A DNA stretch of 62,080 bases, counting the filler, from Sphacelaria rigidula (Eukaryota), in the NCBI GenBank assembly GCA_964200075.2. It is 9 parts of 9 records of this genome, joined end to end, with 100 filler letters (N's around TTAATTAATTAA, not from the genome) between each part and the next. Parts side by side here need not be neighbours in the genome. Positions count along the whole stretch, not along the records: positions 1 to 6,810 come from CAXNAA020017967.1; positions 6,911 to 13,720 come from CAXNAA020017968.1; 7 more parts are not named here. One strand, 5' to 3'. The first letter of the stretch is position 1, and the number at the start of each line of letters is the position of its first letter. The notes under the pieces were generated by a model, which saw nothing but the letters and a program-made list of their open reading frames with translations, was not told the DNA's origin and ran no database searches. The position numbers were made by a program, and so were the translations under genes. Positions 1 to 13,029 of the stretch are shown in pieces.

Positions 1-170
1 TTCGGCGAGTCGCATGAAGGGTGAACCGCATCCTGCTAAGATTGTTCGGCCCGAAGCCGACTGATAATCTTGCGTTTGGATGACAGCCTACAATGAGTTG
101 CTTTATTTCCTGGTATCGCCACTTCCAGAGGCAGCCACGGCTTATGCACTGCCTCATGGGTGACTAACCT
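1..170 (-). mobile_element. SINE-like family A, 5' half (cut by contig start)
   Basis: Aligns by eye with 55920-56088 and 13821-13896. All three copies stop at about the same position (element 5' end AGGT(G/T)AG). Confidence 0.8.
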
Positions 171-894
171 ATGCGTGGGGGGGGGTGGGGGGGGGTGGGG
201 GTTGCTGCAAAACAGTATTTTTGCGAGAATCTCCTAGAGATGAACATGTGCAAGAGACAACAAGTATTTCACGACTTCGGGCGTGCACCGGGGGGGGGCT
301 TGAAGGTGCAGCATCACAAGGGTAGACGCTAGGTGCTCTTTGTCCGACGTCCGATTTGTCTCTAAGAGTAAGAGTCTCACGATATCCGGCCAGGTTGCTG
401 CCCACGTACATACGAAGTGAAATCATCTTGCAATTGCGCGTCGTTGCCCTGGAGGTTCTAGTCGGATGATGGTCTTCGCAGTGTGGACGAGGGGCGCAGA
501 GCCCATTTTAGACTGTTGACTGCACCATCAGCTGTCAAGCCGAGTGAAATGTACAGATGGCAGATGGCCGCGCGAGGAGAGTGTGGGGAGTGGTGCCGCG
601 GGGTGTCTTCGTTCCTCGAAAGATGGCTGGAAAGTTTGGGATCGAACTGTGTGTGTGTGCTGTGCTGTCCTTGTTGCGAGGAATGGGCGAATGGGCGCGC
701 ATGTGTTGTGTCGGTATAGCTCATCGATGTCTGGTCCCCCTTCACACTTTTTTTCTTCAAGCGGGGGGGGGGGGGGGGGGGGGGGGGAGAGAGGCGTGGG
801 GGGGGGAAGGGTAGGATGGGGGGGGGGGGGGGTTTTAAAAAAAAAAAANNNNNNNNNNTGTGTGCCTGTGTTCGGGCGTGTCGTGTGTTGTGCT

Positions 895-934
<40 letters not shown>

Positions 935-2293
935 TGTAACACAGATAGATCTATTATACGAAGACCCTCTCGGTCTGGCGGGAGGTAAGCACAGTGTAGG
1001 TTTGGAGGTGTTAGTGCAGTTGTTGAGAGATATCTGGGGTTTACTGTTATGTCTGGTTAGGGCGTACTCGGTGTGAGGTGGTTTGAAGGACTTGGGCAGG
1101 GTGTGCGACAACGTTTCCGGTATTTTTCTTGGATGACGATAATTGCGTCGCGCAGCTATTATAGCTATTATTTTTTGTTCTACTGTTGTTTTTATTGTTG
1201 CCGCTTCCTTTCAGATGACTGGATATACTGCGTGCAAAGACTGTCCTGTTTTCAGCGTGTTCGCACATCATGTTTGTCCAACGGTGTACGATTACACTTT
1301 TTTTTTTTTTAGCGTCTCGTATTTTTTCCATGAAGTTTATTTTTTCATTTGTTTTCCCTTCTCGTCAAGATTCGGATTTTTTTTTTTCGAGACACTTTTT
1401 GTCGACCCCGCGGATCCATGTAAGGCGTCATTTTTAGCACTACAGTCAGCGGAGATGGTAAAGGAGCAGAAAGTAGGGTATCGGGCGCGTGTTGTGAATG
1501 ACACTTTATACTTTTACTTTGGTTGAATTGTGACCGTCGGGTACTTTTGTACAGTTGTTCGTTTCACGACGTTAAAGAGAAAAACTTGAAAATTTTAACT
1601 TTTTCTTTGTTGTAGTAGTTTTATCGGAGGGGTTCGCTTTTTGATACCCCACTCATCATTTATATCTCCGATCATAAACCGCATTTTTAGTTTGTTTAGG
1701 TTTTGCTTCTGAATCGATCGCATTTGGTTCATTGCTGCCTGTTGGGCGAAGTGTTCTATAGATGCATCCACGATGTGCGGCATCCATTGCAGATGAGAGA
1801 TGCCGCGATAACCCACCCCAGAAAAATGGCTGGTTTGAAGAGGCAGAATCTACATGTAAACAAAAAATAATGACGAAAGCCGAGCACACCGAGCAGCTGG
1901 AAACTCCCACGTTTGAGATCGCTCTTCGCCAATGTCGCCCAAATGAGGGTCTTCATCAAGTCTGAAACCAGCCACCATACGCTGTATGGCGATTTTTTTC
2001 GTTGCACTTCCAAGGCTAATTTTGGGGGGAGGGCCATCGCGGCAAACGGTTACTACTGGAGTACAAGAGCGGCAAAATAGGAGAGAGGGACGAGATATAT
2101 GCCATCATCAATAAATTTGGCCATTGTTCACGTCGGTTTTTCAAATGACTCGTTTCGACCGAGCGGAAAACACGAGTTCCGGTGTGCGAGGTTGTTGCAC
2201 CCGCTGCGTGGGGTGGTGGTGGGAACAAACCGTGCGGTTCATCGCGGATTGTATGCTGTAACGTGCTTTGTCTGTCTTGAATGCAGTGCGCTG

Positions 2294-2625
2294 CACACGC
2301 GGCCATTTGGCTAACCCTCAAAGTGTCTCCGAAGCGATGCGCGGCCCTCCAGGGAGAAAACAAGCCTCCGGAGGTCTTCAATCCCTCTGGAGGAAACCAG
2401 ACTCTACCGACCCGGAGGGCCGCGCACCCCTCCGGAGGAATTTGGGGGTATGCATGGCCCTCCAGAGGCAAAAATAAGCCTCCGGAGGCGTCTGATCCCT
2501 CTGGAGAAAACCAAAAATCTCCTCTGGAGAGCTGCGCACCCCTCCGGAGGCATTTAATTCCTCTGGAGGCTCGAAAAGTTCACCCACCTGGAGGAACTTT
2601 GGAGGTAGCCAAATGGCCGCGTGTG
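2294..2625. mobile_element. MITE with CACACG termini, 2-bp TSD (TG) and an internal array of CCTC(C/T)GGAGG palindromes
   Basis: TIR CACACGCGGCCATTTGGCTA / TAGCCAAATGGCCGCGTGTG. TG lies at 2292-2293 and 2626-2627. The palindromic motif recurs many times inside. Confidence 0.85.
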
Positions 2626-2639
2626 TGCCTACCTCGACG

Positions 2640-4155
2640 ATTGCTCGTAAGGTTAGAGTTAAGATAGAGCACGCGCTTAGCACACGGGATCTTACAGGGA
2701 ACTGCACGGGCTAGCGAACATTTTTTCCCCGGACGCAAGCACAATCGCTTCCATCAAGTCACACGCAGCAAACAAGCAATTTCGGTTAGTCTTCATCCGT
2801 GTTGAAAGCTAAGCAGGTGCGCGGCTAGTTTGTTGAGCTAAACATTACCCCCCACCATCCTCTAACCAACCCCGAAGTCGGACATCTGAGGAAAGTCGTC
2901 GTGACCATCCTTCGACGAACAATCGTCGGAGGGGTCACGGAAATGCTGTACCATTGCTCGGAAATAAGAGTGGACGGGACTTGCCAAGATTGGTTCATCC
3001 TCCGGAACAACGCACTCGTCGCGAGGAAAGGGGGGTAAGACTCAAAGCTTACTGACCCCCCTCTCCCACCAGACTGCTGTGCTCGAAGCCTGGTTCGCCA
3101 AGGCACCCCTCATCCTCAAGCGTCAAGTTAGACCAAGAACTTAGTGATGTCGCCTGGAGAACTCTCCGTTAGAATCCTGTCTACCCAGAAAAATATGGGG
3201 CTCCAGTGTTTTAGTGGTCGATGTCTCAACTCCTTTATTTTGTCGTCCATTGCATGGGTCGGGTCCAACCTCTCAGGGACGACGGCGTTCAGAGCCACCG
3301 CCACTTACAATCCGAGTTTGACGCCCAGAATATGTTATGCTGAGGCGATATATTTCTCAAGGGAGCAACAAAGCGTATGCGTTATGTTCCAGTACGATAT
3401 TCGGCAGTGGGCCGCGTGGGCCATCGCATGCCGAGGACCGGAACATGACTCCTTGCATGTACATCTTGTGAAGTGTTCTGTTTTCGATTTGTGGAAACTG
3501 ACCAGAGTGTGGGTTTGAAATCACACCTCGACCAACATCTTCTGTAACTGCCGTCCCCCGGCGACCCCACTGTTACATCTCAAGCTGGTCGGGGCATGAA
3601 GTTACGACACCGAATCCCGACATCCTCATTTCTGCAAAGAATCTCGTTCCCGCCGTTTGAACCGCTAGGGCGTGGGTACTATTTCATGTTCACAATTTGA
3701 CGCAGTGTTTGGTCATGGTCCAATCCGCGAATCCAAAATATCGGGCGTGAACTTGTACCGGGGGAGGAATGGGTTTATCCATTCAGACTACGGACTTGTC
3801 CCCGGATTGGGAAAACCTCCATCAACAACCCTAGGAAAGGAAGCCCTCCCCAACTCCCAAGCTGTATCATTTTCCAACTATTGTAGTCCAAGTGGTTTTG
3901 CGAGAGCTGCGGTTGCAATGTCATCATCCACGATGAGTAACCTAATATGACGAAAAATCCTTCCAATTCTCAAGCAGCATGGTCACAGCGACCGGGTGCG
4001 GGTAAGGGGGGACCGAACATCAATGACGAACAAAAACAAGATCCCGCCAAGTTACTAGAGCTTCTTTTTTCTCACCAGTTCTTCACTAAATCGAGGTGTG
4101 TTCATCACTTGGTTGATGACGAAATTTCTCGGAAAATATATCTTCTTAAAAAACG
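2640..4155 (-). mobile_element. Possible decayed LTR-retrotransposon 3' end (PPT plus start of LTR)
   Basis: Minus strand reads GGATGGTGGGGGGTAA immediately followed by TGTTTAGC (TG at 2844). The upstream frame is broken by stops and contains WVDRILTE...KFLV, weakly chromodomain-like. Confidence 0.3.
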
Positions 4156-4158
4156 CTG

Positions 4159-4375
4159 ACCCTAACCTTAACCCCAACCCAAGGTATACCGAGAACCCTG
4201 GGCAAGACGAGTGTGAAGCGTTCTCTGAGCAGAGTGTGGCGTGGGCAGACCTCGAAATGGCGCCGCAGGCGTCAATTTCGACAAAAACGCGTATCGCGAA
4301 CGGGAGGAGCAGTTGAGGCTATGAGCCCCGCGAAATATCCGAATATCGGTGTTTACACTCAAGTCAAGAAATAAA
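4159..4375 (+). repeat. Diverged copy of the CCCTAA-containing arm of the 23624-27309 element
   Basis: Colinear with 23808-24020 (cctaacc...ataccgagaaccct...aaaacgcgt...tccgaat...acactcaa.tcaag). Confidence 0.7.
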
Positions 4376-6452
4376 ATTCCGGGAATGTTCTAATCGACCA
4401 CGTGGTCAACACTACTGATCAAATCCCGATCCACGGGCACATACACGCACCATGTATGTGAGTGCACTACGCTACGTGCCTCGAGGCATGCCCCCCACCC
4501 TCACGAAGTGCAAGCATCATCCCGACAAACACTCAAGGTGTCACATATCGTGACGTATCAGGAACCCTAAACCCCAAACGCTATCATCACTGATAGCCGG
4601 CCACAGCCAGCAACAGCCACCACAAAAAACAGTCTAAGTAGCCACCGTCACTCACCTCTCACGTGTCTACACGAAATGTTTAGCTTCCGGAATGGCGTAG
4701 TCATTTTTACCATCTAAAAAATCTACTTCTTGAGTTTTGTGAAGCATTATTTTCCGAAGTAGGGGGGAATTTATTAAACTACTGAGCAGGGTCGTACAGC
4801 ACGCCTGCGGCTGCCGCGGCCAATAGTAGGATGACGAGCCCCGCCACCCCAATTTTAGACTGCACCAGAGGCGGCGGTGGGACCGATAACAGCCAGCCGA
4901 ATTATGGGGGTGAAAAGGATGCGGCAGCAGATAAAAGCAACGGGTGCGAAGGTGGTAACAGATCAAATATTAGAATGAGAACTGTGGATAGCCGAAAAAC
5001 AACGAGTGTGGAGAGCTTGAATAAGACCAACTTTTTGATCGCTTCTACGAAGTTATCTTCCCGACACACTGAACACGGAAGAAGAACCGTGTTGCGGCGG
5101 CCATTTTCGACTTTCTTTACACGCGTATCAACCCTCCCCCTATTTTCCTGGATGATGACAGATATCACCGGTATTCGAACTGCACGCTTCACACTAGACC
5201 CACACACCTTCAGAGAAAACTCCAGCACATAGTGAGTATGATTAACCGTGACAGTGCTCGAATTGTACTACATATGTGAGGGGCAAAGCATGATCAAAAC
5301 TCTGGAGCAAAATGAGGTGGTGTTGGACGAGGGACGAGTGGGGTCTATCCCTGCTTTAGTGCCCATCACCCCCCCCCCTCCTCCCCCTTCGTGCGGACTA
5401 ACTCCGTAGTATTGTGAGAGATTCCTGATCTCATGCTTCACTTCTTCCTACCTCGCCAGGGCAACGCATATAACCTTGCAATCATCCGCATTTCATCGAC
5501 CACGTATACACAATCTGTAACTCGATGAAGAAGTGTTTCTCGAAGCGTTGAATTCATTGTTCTCGCACATACTCCAGTCCATCAGCCTCCCCCCTTACCC
5601 TATCAGCTGGTACTATTCCGATTTCACCACTACTTGAGAACCTGTACACCTGTTAAGGTTATTATGCACAGCAGCCATATTTTCATTGTATCCAATTCAC
5701 TGTGGTGGGCGATCTAACTAATCGTTTCGTGGCATTTTGTGATCCTTTCGTAATAGGTAATTTTCTTGGGCTTTTTTAGATCGCCACCGCTCACCACATT
5801 GGGGATCTGACCATATTTGCATCCGCTCCACATTTCAAGAAGAAAAAAAAAGCACATGCAGTCAATATTGAGTGGCTCACGGCATGACCGGTCATCGGGG
5901 GTCCTGCCACGTTTCAGACCAGATTCCTACTCTTTGGTATGTTCGGTCGATCGAGCCTGTCCTGATCATATTTGTGAATAAATGTACAGTTTGTTTTCTT
6001 GAAATTCTACCCAATCATTGCACTAGAGCCGAAAAACTGTGTGTTCACGGTCAATAACACCCTCCTGATGAATGGAGCATTTACTCGTATCGCCCCATAA
6101 GATTAACTAGCACTGACTTGGGCACTGCGTTTCGAGGATTATCTGTTATACCAAAATTTACCGGCGCTAGCAATTTCGAGTTCAATCGGAGAGTAGTACA
6201 GGAGTAACACCCCGTAACATCCCTGAATCGTTAGACCGCCCACTACTGTAACCCTATTTCCTGTACAGCAGTACACTCAAAGAGAGAGAGAGAGAGAGAG
6301 AAAGTACACGCACGAGGTCAACTGCCAGAAGGAAAACAGTACCTGTAATTCTTCTGCGCTGCTCTGCAATTCGATGACCGTTTGGCACAGGTCGCTCTTC
6401 ATGCCCGTGCTGCAGGACACAAACACGCGAATAGAACAAGCGTAGGGATAAT

Positions 6453-6727
6453 GGGGGGGGGGGGTATCAATTTGTTGCTTGCCTTGGTCGTTCGGCCATT
6501 GACCACGTATCCCTTTCGAGACGGAGCACCGTTTCTACTCCTAATAGAACCGCCTTAAACATTTCGGCGCTCATCACGTTTCTTCTTATATATATTACAC
6601 AAAAACCTTGTATATATTTTATCCCCGTCCTGTTTCCCGTCTGTGGCCACCATCCATCTCCTAGTATAGCCATCGTTTTCTCCATACTGTCTAACGCATC
6701 AAACGATCTCATGCTATCTTCATTCAT
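6453..6727 (-). mobile_element. 5'-truncated LINE 3' end (ORF C-terminus plus C-rich tail)
   Basis: Frameshifted reading EKTMAILGDGWWPQT / KQDGDKIYTRFLCNIY...SIRSRNGAPSRKGYVVNGRTTKASNK, then poly-C. The same tail occurs at 30626-30750 and 43113-43190. I recall this peptide from brown-algal repeats; not verified. Confidence 0.65.
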
Positions 6728-6734
6728 GCGGGTG

Positions 6735-6810
6735 GGGGGGGGGGGGGGTACTAATCACAATGCATTCCATAGTCATTTTTGACCATTGACCCCGCTCCCC
6801 TACAAAGCCG
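6735..6810 (-). mobile_element. SINE-like family A 3' tail; plus-strand tails at 9597-9660, 20730-20805, 41457-41540 and 47968-48010
   Basis: All match part or all of CCCGGCTTTGTAGGGATGCGAGGTCAATGGTC...GACTATGGCATGCATGATCATGAGTAC, most followed by a C-run. Confidence 0.8.
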
Positions 6811-6910
6811 NNNNNNNNNNNNNNNNNNNNNNNNNNNNNNNNNNNNNNNNNNNNTTAATTAATTAANNNNNNNNNNNNNNNNNNNNNNNNNNNNNNNNNN
6901 NNNNNNNNNN
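6811..6910. other. Artificial contig linker N44-TTAATTAATTAA-N44; identical linkers at 13721-13820, 20630-20729, 27539-27638, 34448-34547, 41357-41456, 48265-48364 and 55173-55272
   Basis: The same 100-nt spacer, with stops in all six frames, recurs every 6908-6910 nt. Contig lengths fall monotonically from 6810 to 6808. Confidence 0.99.
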
Positions 6911-7651
6911 ATTTTTCGTACCTTTCCTAGACAAAACAATAGAAGGTATACCTTTCCTAGGCCATTGCCCTAAATTTATCCACGCACATACGTACTGTAT
7001 AGCTACAACATAGAATGGAAGGAAGGCATTGCTCGCTGCCAAAAGACATGCAGGCTGCGGATGTTTGTGCGACAGAGAGATAGCAGCAGGGCTTCTACCC
7101 GCGGTAGGTGGTATAGTACAGTATAACTGATGTTTGACTAATCTGTTCTTACCAACCCGTCCATGCTAGCCCTCACCTTGTCGAGCGTGATGCTCTGTGT
7201 GGGTCCCGCAGCTCTTTTGCAAATTTGTCCTACAGTCCCTCCTAGAGTAGCACGCACAACGTGCTCGACGGTGTTCGACAAACCCCGTATACCCGAAGAA
7301 AATATTCCCCTCTCGATGCCCTCCCGCTCGAACTGCTTCGTACAACAACTGAGATGAGCCTTGCGGTACCGGGGCAGCTCTACTGCCTCCAGAGTTGTGT
7401 CGTTTTTCCTTCACATTAGCTCCACATTAGTCGAACCCGTAGTCACAGATTACAAAAATAGAGGGCTGTGAGCTGGACCAGTTTGTACTGGAGTTTAACT
7501 GGAACTGGTGAAGAGGACTCCAGCTTATCCACTTTATCTAAGGCTTGCTGTTACCGGCTATGCTTATACCAATTTTAGTATAGGTATTATATAACGAAGA
7601 TACTTACATTACTGTGAACAAAATGTCGGTAGATTTGGGGCCTGCACCTGA

Positions 7652-7915
7652 CAACTGTTGGTCTCGTGAGATTGAGAGTAGAGTGTTGATTGAGAGTGGC
7701 TTTGGTAATTCGCCGTAAGTTCGCCAATTTTTCGTTCTGTGTGTGCTTTTCTGTGCCTCCATCACTGGCGTGTACTTACAGCTACACGTCGATATCCTAC
7801 TCAGGCATATCAAGGGCCTCAGTGGCGAGCTACTACGGAAAGCATATTGGGCTTCGGGGTGGGGCATTTCAGAACTGAAACGATTCATTCACTAATTGAC
7901 TGCTTTTCACTCTCA
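7652..7915 (+). mobile_element. CAACA-type MITE family B, truncated copy (fragment also at 10935-10995)
   Basis: Colinear with 37621-37927 and with the reverse complement of 11450-11743. Confidence 0.8.
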
Positions 7916-10554
7916 GGGTATGTGCGAAAACACGATTATTGGGCCGAAAAACGTCCTTTTTCCACCCCGAAATCGAGGCAAAAATGTGCTTTCGCACGTA
8001 TCCTTTGGGGAATGGAAGGCTAGAAACCCCCCGAAATAATTTTAGGGGGGTCGGGGGGGATGAGGTCGTCCGTATGAAAGTCATTTGTCATGAATATAGG
8101 TCAGGGAAAGCATGGCTTTTGGGTTTAACCTCATTTCGTTTTTTAACCCCATTTTCGAGAATCCACTGTTTGACAGCAATGCAAGTACAGACAGAGCTCG
8201 TTGTACGAGCTGGGCGAGCCTAGAAGCGGATTTGAAGTTTGCAGCCATTCGCAATATAGTACTTGGGATTGGACTCTACAACTTGGTATGGACAATCAGC
8301 AGTGTGTATAAAAAAATATATGCATGGACGTTTTTTCTTTTTCATGACTCAACGGGATTCTTTCTGAAAACTGAAAAGTGATTATTGCCTTTACCTCATG
8401 AAAGAAGAAGAAAAAATGAACTTCGAGTTCACGCATAACTTTTCTATTATGCCCTATTGATGGTCCACACCAAAATTTAGGGTCCATCTCCAAAAGTATT
8501 AAATTGCGAATGGGCCGTTTAAAATCCAGGTCGGTCAACATTCGGAACAGTATTTCGGAGGTCACGTACCGGCCCACGTTTGGTGTTTGTGTATTGAAAT
8601 TTGGTGTGGTACCTCGTTAGGGCATCACGAACAAAAAAAAGTGAATCGGGGTTTTGTTTTGTTTTCTTTTACTGGTTCAGGGCGTATTATTATGTTCATT
8701 TTTGTGCGAGAACGCCGAACCTCCCCCCAAAAAATACAAAAGTTGAGGTCTGAATATATTTTTATTTAGCATACCTTACCCCTGCGTGCTGCCAGCCTTG
8801 GCTTGTTTACATCCTCCCCTCACGAAGAGTCTTCTTTTGCATATTACAGTTGAATAAATTTCGAAACGCTCACCGCTTTGAATGGGATTTGAATGCCATC
8901 TCTAACAAATTTACATCCTCAATGTGAGGGGTTACACTTTCTACAATTTTCAGGATTTTTGAAGGAAAAACAAGCCAAATAACGCAGTCATTCTCGCCTC
9001 CGGCGGCGCTCCCGCGGGGCTCACTCACCATCCCGGGGGGGGGGAAAGGGGGGGCGTTTGCGGCAGCCGATTAACTGGGAAAACATCGATGTACTGGCCG
9101 CTGGCGCGGCCAGTTGAAAGTCAACTGGCCAAAGAAGCCAGTCCATAGCCGTAGGATGTGTAGTTTGCAGGCCCATTGGCACGTCAATAGTTAGACTTGG
9201 ACCCCCAAGTTTTGGTATGGACAATAAAAGGGGCGTAATGAAGAAACGTGCTCGTGGGCCCAAATAACTTTTTGTTCTTCCCCATGATTTTACGGCATGT
9301 TACTGAAACCTGAAAGCTGATTTTCGCCTTGAACTCGTGGGGAAAAAAAAAAAACTCGGAGTCCGCGCGTACGTTTTGGTATTATGCCCTATCCATTCTC
9401 CATAATACCGAATGTTAGAATCAACGTGTACAATACGCCCTAGCGAAACCCACACAAAATTTCAGCACACAATTACCAAATCTGTGCCGGCAACTGGCCT
9501 TGAAAAAACGGGCCCGAATTTATGTCGACCCGATTCTCAAACGGGCTACTAGCACATCGATGTGTACCCTAATACCGCCATGTGCTCCCCCCCCCCCCGG
9601 CGAAAACCCGGCGTGCTCCATCCCAGTTTTTTAGGGATGCGAGGTCAATGGTATCACGAGCTGGGCGAGTCTAAAAGTGTGTTTGTAGGTTGGAGGCACA
9701 TTCTCACCTAAATATTTAGAGCTGTCTCCTGGAACTTCGTATGCACCATGAATAGGACATGAAAATAAAAAAAGGAATGCCAAACCAAAGATATATATAC
9801 ACACATGTATGTACATTTTCTCTTCATGACTTGGGGGCATTTTAATGAGACCTGACAAGTTACTATGGCCTGAAACATAAGGCAATATAACCCAACTCTT
9901 TGGGTCTGGCTTTCCTTGTTTCATGCACGCCCTATCCGTTGTGAATACGAAGTTCCAGGGGCCAACTCTATTCATGCGGGTGAGCGTGGGCCGCTTAGTA
10001 ACCGCGTCGGTGGCAATTCGGAACCGTATTTCGCAGGCCATCCCCCATCCCACGTTTTGTGCTTGTGTGTAATTTTTATTTTTTCACTATTTTTCGGCGT
10101 TTCAGTATAGTGATGAGCACTTTGCAACAAGAACGCCCGAATCTTTGAAAAATATATTCGAAGGCCCATTTCTATTTTACTTCATTCAGCAAACCTCTGT
10201 GGTTCTCTATGCCACATTTCAAATCACAATTTTCAATAATGAGCTGAAAACCTGAGATGAGGTCGAAGATCAATCTGCATTTGTGGCGGTATAGCCAATA
10301 CCGCAAGCAGTAAAACCGTATACGCCGAACGCAAGCAAGCCACACCCTTGTGAGGTGCCGGCAAGCGGTCCTGAATTGACTTGCTGCGCTCAAACTGTTG
10401 TTTCAATCTCTCAATCCAATAGCCCAGCTGTCAAAGGGGAACACCAGACAGCCCCAAAGCAAGAAAACAAGTGATAAGTGTGGATGAGGATAGAAGTACA
10501 GCACAGCTTAGACTCACGTCAATGCTGTGGCTCGCGACCGTGGAGGCGGAGAGA

Positions 10555-10935
10555 CCGAGCAAAGGAACATAGAGGTGCAGAAGAAGACCCGTTGTCCGGC
10601 AGTTCCAAGGGAACCCTGGATAACGGCACGTCCAAGTTGACGAGCGCAAATCATGCCAGAGTTCGAACCAACCATCATCGCTCAGATGAAGACCTGGCGG
10701 TCGGCAGTTACGCACAGGTAACCCAGAACGTCGGTAGATCAGACAATAATAGAACTCATGCTCCCCGTGGAATTCGAATCACACCCAGTGCAGAAGAAGA
10801 CCCGGCGTTCGGCAGTTCCGAAGGAACCCTGAACAACGGCACGTCCATGTTGACGAGCGCAAAGCGTGCAAACCCAATAGCCAGTGGCTTAAGGGGAGCA
10901 AAGGAACATAGAGGTGCAGAAGAAGACCCGTTGCC
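10555..10935 (+). repeat. Local direct repeats (10575-10650 vs 10787-10862; 10557-10594 vs 10896-10934)
   Basis: gtgcagaagaagacccg...ggcagttcc..ggaaccctg.a.aacggcacgtcca.gttgacgagcgcaaa occurs twice. Confidence 0.75.
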
Positions 10936-11449
10936 TACATCACTGGCGTGTGCTTACAGCTACACGTCGATATCCTACTGAGGGATATCAAGGGTTTCGG
11001 ACGATCGCTGCTTCCTTTCTTTTTTCCTTTCTGAAGTCGTTGCTTTTGTCTTTTTCTACTTCTTCCCTTCTTTTTTCTTTCATCATTCATTCTGTTCTTT
11101 TTTTGCCGCTCCTGACCACGGGCTGGATTTTTCCATCAGCTAATCTAATGTGAGATACCGGTACTTGATCAATCAACAATATTTTTTTATGGCAGTCATC
11201 AATCTCAATTTTTTTCACATCGGGGGGGAAAATATGGGGGAACGCATTTCATGGACCAAGTCGGGGGCCCGAAAATATCGGGGTCTTGCGATCTCAGAAC
11301 GATTTCTCCCGATTTGTTTTTAAAAGATCGGGAGATCAGTCCGAGATCGTGACTCCCCCCGATGGTGAAGATATGGCGTACGTGCATTGACGTACAATGG
11401 CAGGGTAGGAGACGTTTGATACTTTCGTGATCGCAGAAGAAGACAGTCT

Positions 11450-11743
11450 CAACAATGATTTCGTGAGATTGAGAGTAAAGGGTACGAGTGAGAGTGCGAA
11501 AAGCGGTCAGTTAGTGAGTGAATCGTTTCAGTTCGGAAATGCCCCTCCATGAGGTCCAATCTGTGTACTGTGGTAGCTTGCCACTGAGACCTTTGATATC
11601 CCTGAGTAGGATATCGACATGCACACGCCAATGATGGGCGCAAAGAGAAGCACACACGGGATGAAAGAATGTGTAAGTTCCAGCGATTAATCAAAGTCAC
11701 TCTCAATTAGCGCTCTATTCTCAATCTCACGAAAACGATGTTT
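11450..11743 (-). mobile_element. CAACA-type MITE family B, full length (294 bp), TSD CT
   Basis: TIR CAACAATGATTTCGTGAGATTGAGA / TCTCAATCTCACGAAAACGATGTTT. CT flanks both sides (11448-11449, 11744-11745). Confidence 0.85.
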
Positions 11744-13029
11744 CTCGTGGCAGCGCAGGGCGTGCCTGCCCGCATCAGCTGCCGAAGCATCTTTGCACGG
11801 GGTTTGACAAACGGATAATGAGTGCTGACGCCGTACCCTACGGCGATGGTAATATTTGATGCTGCGCTGCGCTGCCACATGTATCACTATTATAACAATG
11901 GGTGCTGTACTCTCCTCGTCTGTTGTCGCTGTACTTGAGGGGTGGTGTATGGCACTGCACTGCTGAACTCTTTTCGCGCACTGATTGTTCACTTTTCTCG
12001 CGATACCGACTGTGCCGCCACCATGCACTATACCACACGGCACGGTTGTGCACTGTATTAAATGGGGGTGTTATGCATTGTATTACCCTAGGGAACCAAG
12101 GTACGGCACTGTACTCGAAGGATTATTCACCGCCTGCCTGCTCTTCGGCTTCATGCACAAGTACGCAATACCACGCTCGTGCAGAAAAATGCCGTCGGTG
12201 TACAGAACTTGGTCGCAAATCTATGATACTGTCTGTACCATAAAACGGTCCCCTCCCCCGATTGTGAGTTCGCGAATTTGCGGTCCGATCTAAAAAATCG
12301 AGATTCGTTGCCATAAAAGATGGTCTTACACGTTGTGTCATTGACGGGCAACAGTAATTTATACATTTTTTCTTCATACTACTGTCGATGCTGCCATATC
12401 CCTTCATAGGTAGTTCTTGATTCTGCAGGATCAGTGTCTTCTGCGTCGCTGAGATTCTTCATTTTCGGTCGAGTTTTGTCCATGTTCGAAGGTTGAAATG
12501 AGTTCATTTTGGGCAGATATCTGAGACGCGGAGGATGGGTGGAGAATGGCGGTTATTCTTTAGTTCTGTACGATCAGTGTCTTCTGCCTCGTTTCGATTC
12601 TTGATTCTCCTTCAGGGTTTGTCGTTTTTTGAAGGTTGAATGCGTTCATTTCGCCTGGATTTCTCGGACGGAGAAGGGGTGGAGCTTCACGGTTCTCTTT
12701 TTTGTTGTGCAGGACCAGTGTCTCCTGCCTCCTTCCGGCTCTTGGTCAGGTTTAATCGTCGTCGACGATGTTTGAAAGTCCAAAGTGGAAAAAAGAAGAG
12801 AACGAGTGGTCTCTGGATCTTATCTTCGCCTCTAAGCACTCCTGAATGTGGGCGACGGCTGATGTCGGTTGCAACACTCAACATCATCCTTTGCCTTGGG
12901 TAACGCTTCATTGAGCGGGGGCGCGAAGCGCCTAAAACCTTGTAACAATTAATTCATTTATCTTTCTCGCCGTTGAAGAGCATTGGACGCAGGTGCACTT
13001 TTTTTTCATCTTTTTCACTTGGTTTTTGA

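Noticed and set aside
30..75. Hammerhead ribozyme (CTGATAA next to a hairpin)
   Set aside because: The core is not CUGANGA, and no correctly placed stem II-GAAA follows.
458..1111. Proline- or glycine-rich ORFs
   Set aside because: They are translations of poly-G/C runs and N gaps.
6855..6866. TTAATTAATTAA recurring every ~6.9 kb as a periodic biological signal or large repeat array
   Set aside because: It is embedded in N runs and is a standard six-frame-stop assembly linker.
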